DNA of 64,000 nt from Candidatus Velthaea sp. (GCA_050012475.1 JBEKHC010000010.1:11416-75415), one strand, 5' to 3'. Positions 20,467 through 30,179 are shown, counted from the first letter of the stretch. Made by a program: numbers and translations. The notes: a model not told the origin generated them from the letters alone.

Positions 20467-22491
20467 TTAGGCGTTGAGCGCGGTTTTGATGTGAGACGCC
20501 AAGGCCGGCGACACGCCTTTGACCGCCGCGATTTCATCGACGCTCGCGCGCCGAATCGCGCCGACCGAGCCGAACGCGGTCATCAGGCGTTTTTTGCGCA
20601 CGGCACCGACGCCCCCGAGCGTATCGAGGACCGACTTGGTCATGGCTTTCCCACGCCGCTGCCGATGGTACGTGACGGCGAAGCGATGGGCTTCGTCGCG
20701 CACGCGCATCACCAGATGCAGGCCCGCCGAGTTGGGCGGCAGCACGATCGGATCGGGGTTGCCCGGAACGTAGAGCCACTCGTTTTCTTTCGCTAAACCG
20801 GCCACCGGGATGCCCCACATGTCCAATTCGTGCAGCACCTCCACGACCGCGTTGAGCTGGCCTTTGCCGCCGTCGATGAGCAGCAGGTCGGGCTTGTAAT
20901 GAAAGCGTTCTTTGCGCGCGGCCTGAACTTCCATCGCCGCGGCGGCGGCATCGCCTTCACCGATCGGCGGGCGATCGGCGTCGTGACGCAAGTAGCGCAA
21001 ACGCCGCCGCAACGTCTCTTGCATCATCGCAAAATCGTTGGGCCCCTTATCGTATTGAATTTTGAAGTGCCGGTAGTCGCTTTTCTTTGCCCGGCCTTCG
21101 ACGAAGACGACCATCGAGCTGACCGAGTTCGTGCCCTGGATGTTGGAGATGTCGTAACACTCGATGCGGTGCGGCGGTCCGGGCAAATCGAGCGCGGCCG
21201 CCAGTTCGCCGAGCGCATTGGCCGAGGCGCTTTCGGTCGCTTCCTGGTGCATGAGAAACGCTTTGAGATTCTGTTCGGCGTTTTGCTGGACGAGGCGCAT
21301 GTAGTCGGCGCGGCCGCCGCGCTGCGGACGCAAGATGCGCACCCGCTGGCCCTTGAGTTCGGTCAGCCACTGCTCGATCACGGTCCGGTCGGCGGGCAGC
21401 GCTTCGATCGAGATCTCTTTGGGGATCGCGGCAGCGCCGGCAAGCGAACGGCGATGCCGTGTCCGCTCGCGCAGCGCAACCGGCGCTTCTTGTTCGCGCG
21501 CCGAGCGCAGCGCGAGCGGACTGCCCAGCAGCTCGGCGTCGATCTCAGTCCCGGCTCCCGTGTTTCCGCTGCGCGCGGTGTAAAATTGTTTGAGAAACTC
21601 CGAGAACAATTCGGCGGCGGGCACGTCGCCCGTTCCGTCGAGGATGAAGTGTTCTTGGCCCAACAGCTTGCCGCCGCGCACCATGAACACTTGCATGCAG
21701 GCTTGCCCCTGGGCGCGCGCGACCGCAATCAAATCCATGTCGATCCGCGAACGCCAGACGACCTTCTGCGCCTCGGTCACGCGGCGAACGGCAATGATGC
21801 GGTCCCGCAGCCGGGCCGCCGCCTCGAAGTTGAAGTGTTCGGCGGCATCTGACATCTCGCTTTGCAGCCGCAAGATCAGCGCGTCTTGCTGGCCTTCCAA
21901 GAACAGCACGACTTCATCGACGAGCCGATCGTACTCGGCCTCGGATTGATAGCCGACACAGGGCGCCAAACAGCGCTTGATGTGATACTGCAGGCAGGGC
22001 CGTCTGCGTTTACCGTCGATCGGTTCGCGGCACGTCCGCAGCGGGAACACGATGCGCACCAGATCGATGAGTTCGCGCAAACCGTGAGCGTTGGTGTACG
22101 GCCCGAAATACCGCGCACCGTCGTCTCTGAGCGTGCGGGTAAAAATCACCCGCGGAAACGGCTCGTTGGTGACCTTGAGATACGGGAAGCGCTTGTCGTC
22201 GCGCAGCCGGACGTTGAACGGCGGCTGATGCCGTTTGATGAGGTTGGCTTCGAGGATGAGCGATTCGATCTCGTTCGAAACGACGATCGTGCGCACGTCG
22301 ACGACCCGTTCGACCATCGACCGCGTGCGCGGCGGGTGAGCGGCCGAGTCCTGAAAATACGAGCGCACGCGGTTGCGCAGCGAGACGGCTTTACCGATGT
22401 AGAGGATCCGGCCATCCTCGCCGACCATCATGTAGACGCCCGGCACGTCGGGCAATTGCGCCAACGTCCGTTCCAATCGGTTTTCGTGCAC
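20467..22491 (-). CDS. uvrC: Excinuclease ABC subunit C
   Basis: PGVY, YIGKA, GIY-YIG domain, CLQYHIKRCLAPC, RIECYDISN, DGGKGQL, RDEAHRFA, HhH. Confidence 0.97.
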   Translation of the reverse strand: MHENRLERTLAQLPDVPGVYMMVGEDGRILYIGKAVSLRNRVRSYFQDSAAHPPRTRSMVERVVDVRTIVVSNEIESLILEANLIKRHQPPFNVRLRDDKRFPYLKVTNEPFPRVIFTRTLRDDGARYFGPYTNAHGLRELIDLVRIVFPLRTCREPIDGKRRRPCLQYHIKRCLAPCVGYQSEAEYDRLVDEVVLFLEGQQDALILRLQSEMSDAAEHFNFEAAARLRDRIIAVRRVTEAQKVVWRSRIDMDLIAVARAQGQACMQVFMVRGGKLLGQEHFILDGTGDVPAAELFSEFLKQFYTARSGNTGAGTEIDAELLGSPLALRSAREQEAPVALRERTRHRRSLAGAAAIPKEISIEALPADRTVIEQWLTELKGQRVRILRPQRGGRADYMRLVQQNAEQNLKAFLMHQEATESASANALGELAAALDLPGPPHRIECYDISNIQGTNSVSSMVVFVEGRAKKSDYRHFKIQYDKGPNDFAMMQETLRRRLRYLRHDADRPPIGEGDAAAAAMEVQAARKERFHYKPDLLLIDGGKGQLNAVVEVLHELDMWGIPVAGLAKENEWLYVPGNPDPIVLPPNSAGLHLVMRVRDEAHRFAVTYHRQRRGKAMTKSVLDTLGGVGAVRKKRLMTAFGSVGAIRRASVDEIAAVKGVSPALASHIKTALNA

Positions 22492-22570
22492 GGTTCGCTA
22501 TTCGCCGGCCGGAGCGGGTTTCCAGGCTCGCAGGGAGTCGCGTGCCGGTGGCCAAACGTCGGTGCCCGGT

Positions 22571-23011
22571 ATGGCAGCCTTTCGTTTTTCGCTGCAGCCA
22601 GTGCTCGAGCGGCGCACCCGGATCGAAACCGCGCAACGCGAGGTGTTGCTCGCCGCCGAGCGAGCCGCGGCGGGCGCGAGAGCCGAGCTGGTTGCGCTCG
22701 ACCTGCGCCTGCACGGGTTGAGCCGCGCTTTCAGCGGCTCGTTCGCGGCGCTCGGCGCAAGCGACGTCCGCGGGTTGCTGCTCGAAATCGAGGTCGTCAA
22801 AACGTCCCTTGCCAAGCAGCGGCACGTCACCGACGCCGCCCGCGCGGCGGCGAGCAGGGCGCGCGATGCGTTCGGGGCCGCACGCGCCGAGCGCACGACG
22901 CTCGAAGCCGTACGGGACAGATGCTACGCGACGTTCCTAGCCGAGCAAGAGCTGCGCGAGGCGGCAGAATACGACGAGTCCAACGCCCGGCGCCGCATAA
23001 TTTCGGCATAA
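22571..23011 (+). CDS. fliJ: FliJ-like export chaperone
   Basis: FRFSLQPVLERR N-terminus, coiled coil, E..EYDE near C-terminus; heads the flagellar-type operon. Confidence 0.65.
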   Translation: MAAFRFSLQPVLERRTRIETAQREVLLAAERAAAGARAELVALDLRLHGLSRAFSGSFAALGASDVRGLLLEIEVVKTSLAKQRHVTDAARAAASRARDAFGAARAERTTLEAVRDRCYATFLAEQELREAAEYDESNARRRIISA

Positions 23012-23054
23012 TCCGCGCACGGTCGGCCCATATTCGGCCGCTACGCTGTGCGGC

Positions 23055-23282
23055 ATGATGAATCTGACCGGCAACCTCGAATCGGCCGCGCTCGCCGGAC
23101 GCGACGGCCTAAGCGCCGACGCAGCGGGCACCGCGCGCTCGATGACGGGGCCGTCTGCGCAACGCGATTTCGAGGCCCCGATGGCGCAGGCCGCGCGGCA
23201 TGAGCTATTTACCGAAGCGTTGCTTTCGGCCGCCCACGCGCGGCTCGAAGAACTCAAGACCGCGGCCATGAACGGCCGATGA
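23055..23282 (+). CDS. Very short FlgB-like proximal rod protein
   Basis: 75 aa directly upstream of flgC; C-terminus DFEAPMAQAARHELFTEALL...LKTA resembles the FlgB C-terminal helix. Confidence 0.5.
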   Translation: MMNLTGNLESAALAGRDGLSADAAGTARSMTGPSAQRDFEAPMAQAARHELFTEALLSAAHARLEELKTAAMNGR

Positions 23283-23689
23283 CCGACTTTGCCATCCTCG
23301 GCGCCGCGTCGAGCGGGATGCAAGCGCAACGCGCGGCGATGGATATTGCCGCGCGCAATGTCGCGCTGGCACAAACCGGCGACGCCCGGCATCCGGCGCA
23401 TGGACTCGTGCCCGATTTCGCGACCGTTCTTTCCGCTTCCAGCGCGCCCGAAGGCCCGGAGGACGCCGACGTCACGGCTCTCGAGGCGCAACTTTCCGAC
23501 TCCGGCGACGACGCGAACGCCGGCGCAGTGGTTGCAATCAGCGGAGCCCACGTCGGCTCCGCGCCGCTCGATTCAATTACGGAGATGATCAACGTCTTGG
23601 ATTCACAACGCGCGTACGAAGCCAACGCGTCGATCTTCGACATCGGTAAACGCTTGTCGGAACGCACGATCGACATGGGGCGGCTGTGA
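23279..23689 (+). CDS. flgC: Basal-body rod protein FlgC
   Basis: ASSGMQAQR..MDI.A.NVA N-terminus; EMINVLDSQRAYEAN C-terminus. Confidence 0.85.
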   Translation: MTDFAILGAASSGMQAQRAAMDIAARNVALAQTGDARHPAHGLVPDFATVLSASSAPEGPEDADVTALEAQLSDSGDDANAGAVVAISGAHVGSAPLDSITEMINVLDSQRAYEANASIFDIGKRLSERTIDMGRL

Positions 23690-23994
23690 CCATCACGCCG
23701 CTGGACGCTATCGCAGAAAGCCCCGCTGCGACGGCGCTGGAGCCTGACATCTCGCGCGCATCCGGCAACGATGCGGCGACCTTCGGATTTGGAAGTTTGG
23801 TCTCTGCGCTGCGGGCCGGCACGCAATCGCTGCAGCGTGCGGAGGGTGCCGAAAACGCCTTCATCGGCGGAACCGGCGGACTGCAAGAGCTGGTCTTCGA
23901 GCGCGCCAAGGCCGACATCGTCGTCTCGATCGCGACGGCGGCTTCCTCGCGCGTGACCCAATCGATCAACACCGTCACCCAAATGCAACTATAG
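23686..23994 (+). CDS. fliE: Hook-basal body protein FliE
   Basis: 102 aa, L.ELV....KA, terminal MQL, position after flgC. Confidence 0.8.
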   Translation: MTITPLDAIAESPAATALEPDISRASGNDAATFGFGSLVSALRAGTQSLQRAEGAENAFIGGTGGLQELVFERAKADIVVSIATAASSRVTQSINTVTQMQL

Positions 23995-24064
23995 TGAATT
24001 CGACTTCATCGAATCCCTCGCGTTCGGCCTCACGGCTGAGCCGCATCAGTGCCAGGCTCTGACG

Positions 24065-25579
24065 GTGCTCAACGGAACCGTGCCACGCCGCTGGCAAGAT
24101 CTTTCGCGCTCCGCGCAGATCGGGTCGCTGGCGCTCGTCGCGATCGTGCTGATCGGACTGGCGGCCTTCTTCTTCACCCGCGATACGCAAACGGGACTCT
24201 TCGCGCGTCCGCTGCTGCCCGAGCAGCTCGCCGACGTCGAGACCCGACTGGCGGCCTGGAATGTGCCGTTCTCCGCGACGAGCGACAACGTTCGCGTTCT
24301 GAGCGCTCAGAAAAACGAAACGCTCTTGCGCCTGTCGCTCGCGGGCGTGCCGCGCCTGCACATCGCGGATTCGAGTGAAACGCTGGCCAAAGTCGGCGCG
24401 CTGACCCCGCAATCGGTCCTCGAAGCGCAGACGCGCGACGGACTTGCCGGCGACCTTGCGCTGGGCTTGCGCGACATCACCGGCATTTCCGACGCGCGCG
24501 TCATCATCGCGCCCGCAACGCCGGGCTACTTCGCCGACGAAACGGCGCATGAAGCCAGCGCCAGCGTTCAACTCGTGCGCGCGCCGAGCGCCCAGCTGTC
24601 GCCCGAAACCATCGGCGGGATCAAGGCGTTCGTGGCCGCCGGCGTGCCGGGGCTGGACCCGGCGCACGTCGCGGTCGTCGACGACCGCGGGGTCGCGCTG
24701 AGCGGCACCGCGTGGACTGGTGAAGGCGAAGCGCAGCAATTGCAGGCGTCCATTCAGTCGGCGCTCGATCAGGCGCTGGGGAATGGCCGGGCGATCGTCC
24801 GCGCCCACGTCGACGTCGATCCAACCACAAGCACGCAACACGAAACGAAGCGCACGCCGGTGACGGCCAAACCGATCGCCGGGCAAACGACTGACGAACA
24901 CTACACGAGCGACAAGAAACGCTACTCGAAAATTCAATCGTCGACCGACCGCGGCAGCGACGTCGTGGTCACCGATAAGAGCAGTGCCGCCGGGCGTCCG
25001 CAGCGCGTCTCGATCGCGGTGTTTCTCGATCGGCCGCTGGCTTCGGAGATCCCGCTCATTCGCTCGCTGGTGGAAAGCGCCGGCGGATTGAATTATGCGC
25101 GCGGCGACAGCCTCAGCGTGCAGCCCATCGCGCTCGCGACTGCCCCGCAAACGGCGCCGATTCGCACGGTCCCGCCGGCCCAAGCCGTGCTCGCGACGTT
25201 CGTGCCGCTCCTGCCGCCGACGATCTGGATCCTCGCGCTCGGCGGGCTGCTGGTCGTGTTCGCGCGCCCGCTCAAGCGGCTGCTCGCCGATTTGGGCCCG
25301 GGCGTTCCCGCTGCCGCACCGACGCTCGCTGCCATGTCCGTGCCGGGGCCGGCAAGCGCAGCAACGCTCCCCCCTGTCTCGCCCGACGCGATCTTCCGCG
25401 CGCTGGCCGACGAGCCGCCGCACACCGCGGCAACCGTGATCGCCGGATTGTCGACACCGGATGCGGCCGCCGTGCTCGACTTGTATCCGGCCGACGCGCG
25501 GCGCGAAATCATCAGCCGGCTGGCGCGCCCGCGGACGCCGTTGGCCAACGACGTGTCGGGCGCCGTCGGCCATGGCTGA
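24065..25579 (+). CDS. fliF: MS-ring protein FliF/YscJ family with fused C-terminal FliG-middle-like domain
   Basis: N-terminal TM, ARV.I..A, ASASVQL, FVAAGVPGLDP..V.VVD..G, RGDSLSV, second TM, then EPPHTAATVIAGL...AAAVL..YP...RREIISRLA. Confidence 0.8.
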   Translation: MLNGTVPRRWQDLSRSAQIGSLALVAIVLIGLAAFFFTRDTQTGLFARPLLPEQLADVETRLAAWNVPFSATSDNVRVLSAQKNETLLRLSLAGVPRLHIADSSETLAKVGALTPQSVLEAQTRDGLAGDLALGLRDITGISDARVIIAPATPGYFADETAHEASASVQLVRAPSAQLSPETIGGIKAFVAAGVPGLDPAHVAVVDDRGVALSGTAWTGEGEAQQLQASIQSALDQALGNGRAIVRAHVDVDPTTSTQHETKRTPVTAKPIAGQTTDEHYTSDKKRYSKIQSSTDRGSDVVVTDKSSAAGRPQRVSIAVFLDRPLASEIPLIRSLVESAGGLNYARGDSLSVQPIALATAPQTAPIRTVPPAQAVLATFVPLLPPTIWILALGGLLVVFARPLKRLLADLGPGVPAAAPTLAAMSVPGPASAATLPPVSPDAIFRALADEPPHTAATVIAGLSTPDAAAVLDLYPADARREIISRLARPRTPLANDVSGAVGHG

Positions 25580-26075
25580 AGCTTTTCGCAGCTTTGCCGC
25601 ACTGCTGCTCGGCCGCGACGAGGCCAACGCCGAGCCGCCGGGCCCGCCCGAATCCGAACCGGCCGTCATTACCGAACCATGCCGCGAAACCGACCCGCGG
25701 GTAGCCGATCTGCTGGCTGGGTTCACCGTCGAACTGAACCGGTTGACGGCGCGCGCCGCCGAACTGTTGGAGGAGCAGGCCGAAGCCGCACTCGCCGATC
25801 TCGCACGACGCGTGTTGGGACGGGAATTCGCTTCCTCGCCGGCCGAGATCGCAGCGCTGCTGGCCGAAACGCTCGCGGAGTTCGGCGTCACGCGGCCGCT
25901 CGCCGTACGCGTTTCGAGCGCCGACGCGCAGCACGTCGTTTCGCCCTGGCGCGTACAGATCGACCCGAGCCTTTCCGCCGGTGATTTCGCGGTCGACGTC
26001 GAGGACGGCAGCTACGATCTCAACGTCCAGACCCGGCTGGATGCGCTGCTCGCGGCGCACCGGATCGCGCTGTGA
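25572..26075 (+). CDS. fliH: FliH/SctL-like ATPase regulator
   Basis: LARRVLGRE, VRVS..D, DPSLSAGDF.V....G.YD; directly upstream of the ATPase. Confidence 0.75.
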   Translation: MAEAFRSFAALLLGRDEANAEPPGPPESEPAVITEPCRETDPRVADLLAGFTVELNRLTARAAELLEEQAEAALADLARRVLGREFASSPAEIAALLAETLAEFGVTRPLAVRVSSADAQHVVSPWRVQIDPSLSAGDFAVDVEDGSYDLNVQTRLDALLAAHRIAL

Positions 26076-27346
26076 GCTTTGCTGCCCGGCGCGGCCGGGT
26101 TCTCGCCGCGCTGGGCGAGAGCGTGATCGCCCAGCTGCCCGGGGCGCGTGTCGGCGAAGCGGTCACGATCCGGGTCGGCGCGGCGCCGCGCGTTCCCGCG
26201 ACCGTAACGCGCGTCGATGCCGCACGCGTTGAACTGCGGCCGCACACGTCGGTCGCCGGCGTCGGCGTGGGCGACGAAGTGGTGACCGACCCGCTGGCCA
26301 CGACTTTGCCGCTCGGGATGCGGCTGCTCGGGCGCGCGATCGATTCGGCCGGCTGCGCTCTCGACGCCAAAGGCAGCGTGCGCGGGCGCCGGAGCGCCGT
26401 CATCGATCCGCCGATCGATGCCGGTCAACGCGGTCCGGTCGAGCGGCCGTTTTGGACCGGCGTCAAAGCCATCGACGGGCTGATGACGATCGGCCGCGGC
26501 GCGCGTGTCGGCATTTTCGGCGGCCCGGCGACCGGAAAATCGCTGCTCGTCGAAGCGCTGGTGCGCGGCGCCGGCGCCGACGCCGTGGTCGTCGGGCTGA
26601 TCGGCGAGCGCGGCGCAGAAGCGGCGGCCTGGATGCAGCGCATCTCGCCGCACGCCACGATCGTGTGTTCGCCCAGCGATCGTTCCCCCAGCGAGCGCGT
26701 GCGCGCGGCGCACGTCGCGCTCGCGCAAGCATCGCAATTGCGCCGGCGCGGACTCAACGTGCTCGTCGTGCTCGACAGCCTGGCGCGCTTCGCGCTGGCC
26801 GCGCGTGAGATTGCGCTGCGCAACGGTGAAGCCGTCGGCCGCGGCGGCTATCCGCCCAGCGTCTTCGCCGAGATGACGCGGCTGCTGGAACGCGGCGGAA
26901 ACGTGGGCGGCGGCAGCATCACGCTCGTGGCGACCGTGCTGTCCGACGGGCCGGACGACCGCGAACCCTTGAGCGACGGGGCTCGCGCAGCCCTCGACGG
27001 ACACATCGTGCTGTCGGCCAAACTCGCGCGTCGCGGGCTCTTTCCCGCCATCGACGTGGCCGCCAGCGCGAGCCGCACGATGGACGCCGCGGTAAGCGCC
27101 GGGCATCGGCGCAGCGCGCGGATCGTGCGGCGAGCAATCGCGGCGCTCGACGCCACCCGTGAACTGCGCGACCTCGGTTTCAGCCATACCGACCGTCATC
27201 TCGAACGCGCCGTCGCGCTGCAAGAACGCATCGAAGCCTTCATCCACGACGGTCGGCGCACATCCGGCTCCGCCGAAATGCTGGCCGAGCTGCGCGCGCT
27301 CGCCGAACAACTGGATCTCGACGGACTCGAAGCGGTGTCTTTTTGA
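26072..27346 (+). CDS. fliI: Type III export ATPase FliI/SctN
   Basis: TGVKAIDGL.TIGRG.R.GIFGG..TGKS, LIGERG, DSL.RFA.A.REI, GYPPSVF, LLER.G, LDGHIVLS, FPAID. Confidence 0.92.
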   Translation: MSFAARRGRVLAALGESVIAQLPGARVGEAVTIRVGAAPRVPATVTRVDAARVELRPHTSVAGVGVGDEVVTDPLATTLPLGMRLLGRAIDSAGCALDAKGSVRGRRSAVIDPPIDAGQRGPVERPFWTGVKAIDGLMTIGRGARVGIFGGPATGKSLLVEALVRGAGADAVVVGLIGERGAEAAAWMQRISPHATIVCSPSDRSPSERVRAAHVALAQASQLRRRGLNVLVVLDSLARFALAAREIALRNGEAVGRGGYPPSVFAEMTRLLERGGNVGGGSITLVATVLSDGPDDREPLSDGARAALDGHIVLSAKLARRGLFPAIDVAASASRTMDAAVSAGHRRSARIVRRAIAALDATRELRDLGFSHTDRHLERAVALQERIEAFIHDGRRTSGSAEMLAELRALAEQLDLDGLEAVSF

Positions 27347-27954
27347 TAGCGCTCGCCGATGTCGCCGCCGTCGAACGCCGCGTCGCTCAACTCGCCGACG
27401 GCGAACGTCCGCCCATCGATCGCACGTCCGGCGGCGCCGCGTTTTCAGCACTGTTGGCTGCTGGGGGCGCCGCGCCCGACGGCACGCCGCCCGCGCCGCC
27501 GCCGCGTTCGATCCCCTTCGCCGAACTCGAGCGAACGATCGCGCAGGCGTCGGCGGCGAACGGGGTCGATCCCGCGCTGGTCAAAGCCGTCATTGCGAAC
27601 GAAAGCGGCTTCGACGCTGGCGCAACGTCGAGCGCCGGCGCGCAAGGACTCATGCAGCTCATGCCCGGCACGGCGGCGAGTGAGGGCGTCGCCGACGCGT
27701 ACGATCCGCGCCAGAATGTCGCCGGCGGAACGCACTATCTCCGTGGTTTGCTCGAACGTTTCCACGGCAATGTCGCGCTCGCGCTCGCGGGCTACAACGC
27801 TGGGCCGGGGGCGGTCGAGCGCGGCGCCATCGGAACCGAAACGCAAAACTACGTGCATTCGGTGCTCGCTTCGTACGCGGCGCTCCGTGCCTCCGCAAAG
27901 CCGGACGCCGACGCCGTTTCGCCGGACGCTGTTGCCGCAACGCCGATTGGATAG
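27343..27954 (+). CDS. Lytic transglycosylase (SLT domain)
   Basis: AVIANESGF, GAQGLMQLMP.TA, ALAGYNAGPG.V, ETQNYV. Confidence 0.93.
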   Translation: MIALADVAAVERRVAQLADGERPPIDRTSGGAAFSALLAAGGAAPDGTPPAPPPRSIPFAELERTIAQASAANGVDPALVKAVIANESGFDAGATSSAGAQGLMQLMPGTAASEGVADAYDPRQNVAGGTHYLRGLLERFHGNVALALAGYNAGPGAVERGAIGTETQNYVHSVLASYAALRASAKPDADAVSPDAVAATPIG

Positions 27955-28334
27955 CCGAACGGCTTCCGCAACGGCCCGAGGGGTGGGCTGCCCGTTCGCC
28001 GGAATGGACTCGAGGCCTCAACCGCCGCCGATCTGAAGCTCGAAGCAGCCCAGCTCGAGCGCGAGGCCGGTTGCCGGTTGCGCCCGGCGGTGAGCCGATG
28101 AGATTGCGCACGACTGGGAATCGTACTTCGATGTTCCTGATGGCCGAAGCTTCGAGGGACATTGGGTCACGGTGGAGCTCGGCGAGTCCGGCGGCGGATC
28201 GGTCTTGTCGCTTACAACGACAGCGATCCGCGAGCGCGCCGAGCGTGACGCGGCCGACAGCTATTGGCTCGATAAACTCTTCAAGCTCTATTGGGCGCTG
28301 CAATCCGATCGTTCAGGTGCGTTGTCGCCGACAG

Positions 28335-28706
28335 CTAGAATTGAATAGCACACAGGCGTGGCGCGGCTGGGACCGGATAAAGTTTCGCTTCGATAAAGTA
28401 CGTAACTACCATAATACCGACAAAAACTATCGTCACGAGCATCCATCTTGATGCACTTGCACGAAGAGATGCAACGAGCGGAAGTCCAAATAGCACGCCC
28501 GGAAGCCAAATTATCGCACCGAGTGTAACTTCGCTGACAATGAGCAACTCATTGAATGAACCTTCTCCGCAGTCGTGATAATGCGCAAGCAGGGACAACG
28601 TCATCCAAACACATGCGCTCATAACGGTCACTAAAAATACCGCAAGGGCGGCATTTGGTGGCGGCTTCGAGCTCTTCTCGTCGTCCATGTCGTCCATGTC
28701 GTCCAT
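28335..28706 (-). CDS. Hypothetical membrane protein in an AT-richer islet
   Basis: 123 aa, about three hydrophobic segments, N-terminal MDDMDDMDD. Confidence 0.5.
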   Translation of the reverse strand: MDDMDDMDDEKSSKPPPNAALAVFLVTVMSACVWMTLSLLAHYHDCGEGSFNELLIVSEVTLGAIIWLPGVLFGLPLVASLRASASRWMLVTIVFVGIMVVTYFIEAKLYPVPAAPRLCAIQF

Positions 28707-28711
28707 GTCGT
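28681..28711. repeat. 9-bp tandem repeat (TCGTCCATG) x3.4
   Basis: Directly visible; encodes MDD repeats on the minus strand. Confidence 0.85.
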
Positions 28712-29117
28712 TGATTAAACTCTCGCCGTTTGGACCCGCTTCCCCTCGCGAATCTAATACTTTCTAGGCCAAGTCGGAGACGGTCATCCGAATCTGACCG
28801 CCGGTAGGCGCGACGACACGACCGGCTCGAGCTGCATGCGCTCGCAACCACCGTCAAAGAGCACGATGCTGAACGTTGTACCGAGTTTGCTGCACTTGTG
28901 CCCTTATTGGGTATGTAGTGGGTGATCGGGAATCACACGGTGTCGCATAGCGGGAGGTACGTTCCTGGCGTGATCGCAGCTCTCGGACCAAACACAACGC
29001 GTCCGAGCAAGCAACGTTAGTGAGAAACTCCTTCTTCTTTTGCTCGTCTCAGGCGGATCAGATTGTCAAGTGGAACGATTGCTCCGGTATCGGATCATGG
29101 ATACGGTTGCTTCGGGC

Positions 29118-29882
29118 CTAAGCGATCAAGATGGAGCTCTGCGTGCAATCGTCGGGCGGATACTCCGGCGCGTCGCCGTGCTCGCCCCTTTCGTCCGCTG
29201 GACGCCGGCACGGTTGTTCGTGCCGGCGCTTGCGGCGATCGAGGGTGTCCGGAGCCGGCGGTGTGAGCGCGTTGGCCACCAAGATCGGCGGCGGCGTGTT
29301 GTCGGCATCCGGCGTAGCGGGAGGCAGCAAGCGCAGCGCCGCATCGCTGCCGTAGCGCTCGATGGAGGCGGCTAGACGACCGGCGGTCGCCGCAGCGAGT
29401 TCCGTCTTGCTGGGGGACGCGGCGCCGCGCGTCCGCCCACCGGCCGCAAGCTGCGCCAGTGTCAGCTGGGCGATGAACGCTTCCCGCACTTGGGTCGGAA
29501 GCGCCGCGATGACGGTCGCGAACGCCTCGCCATACCGTCGGAGCAACACTCCGACCGCGTTCGGCCCGTACTCCGGCATCGTTTGCAGCAACGCCGCGAC
29601 GTGCGCGTAGGGAACGCCGAACGTCGTCGCCGGATCGCATGCGATGCTATCGGCGGCCGGCATCGGACCGGTAAAAGCCCCCAGCGCTGAATCGACTGGG
29701 GTTTCCGCTGCCGCAGCAACGCGAACCGCCGGCACCGGCGAAACGCCTGGTAAGGCATCGAATTCCCTCATCCGGCCTCCTCCGCTCCCCCGCAGCGCCC
29801 TTTCACGCGCACGGGGTGCTTTTTCAAGGGCCGGCGGCCTCGGACCGACGATTATTTTGCGCGCAGAGAACACATCGGACAC
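29118..29882 (-). CDS. Hypothetical protein divergent from fliQ
   Basis: 254-aa ORF with a helical-looking core (PYAHVAALLQTMPEYG...); start uncertain. Confidence 0.5.
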   Translation of the reverse strand: MSDVFSARKIIVGPRPPALEKAPRARERALRGSGGGRMREFDALPGVSPVPAVRVAAAAETPVDSALGAFTGPMPAADSIACDPATTFGVPYAHVAALLQTMPEYGPNAVGVLLRRYGEAFATVIAALPTQVREAFIAQLTLAQLAAGGRTRGAASPSKTELAAATAGRLAASIERYGSDAALRLLPPATPDADNTPPPILVANALTPPAPDTLDRRKRRHEQPCRRPADERGEHGDAPEYPPDDCTQSSILIA

Positions 29883-29906
29883 ATAAGCCGCCGCTACGCT
29901 TGCGAC

Positions 29907-30179
29907 GTGGATGTTTTTGACGGCCTCCTGCGCGAGGCGCTCGTCGTGTGTGCGGTCATCTGCTTGCCGGTCTTAGGGGCGGCGGCGCTCATCGGGACGA
30001 TCATTGCGATCGTCCAGGCGGCGACGCAGATTCAGGAACAGACGTTGACGCTGCTGCCCAAGCTCATCGTCGTCGCGTTCGTGGTCGCCGTGTTCGGCCG
30101 GTTCGGTTTGGGATTGTGCGCGAATCTCTTCACCGACGCGCTCGGCCGCATCCCGGCGTTGATTTCGTCGCTGGGGTGA
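29907..30179 (+). CDS. fliQ: Export gate protein FliQ/SctS
   Basis: QAATQIQEQTL..LPKL. Confidence 0.93.
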   Translation: MDVFDGLLREALVVCAVICLPVLGAAALIGTIIAIVQAATQIQEQTLTLLPKLIVVAFVVAVFGRFGLGLCANLFTDALGRIPALISSLG

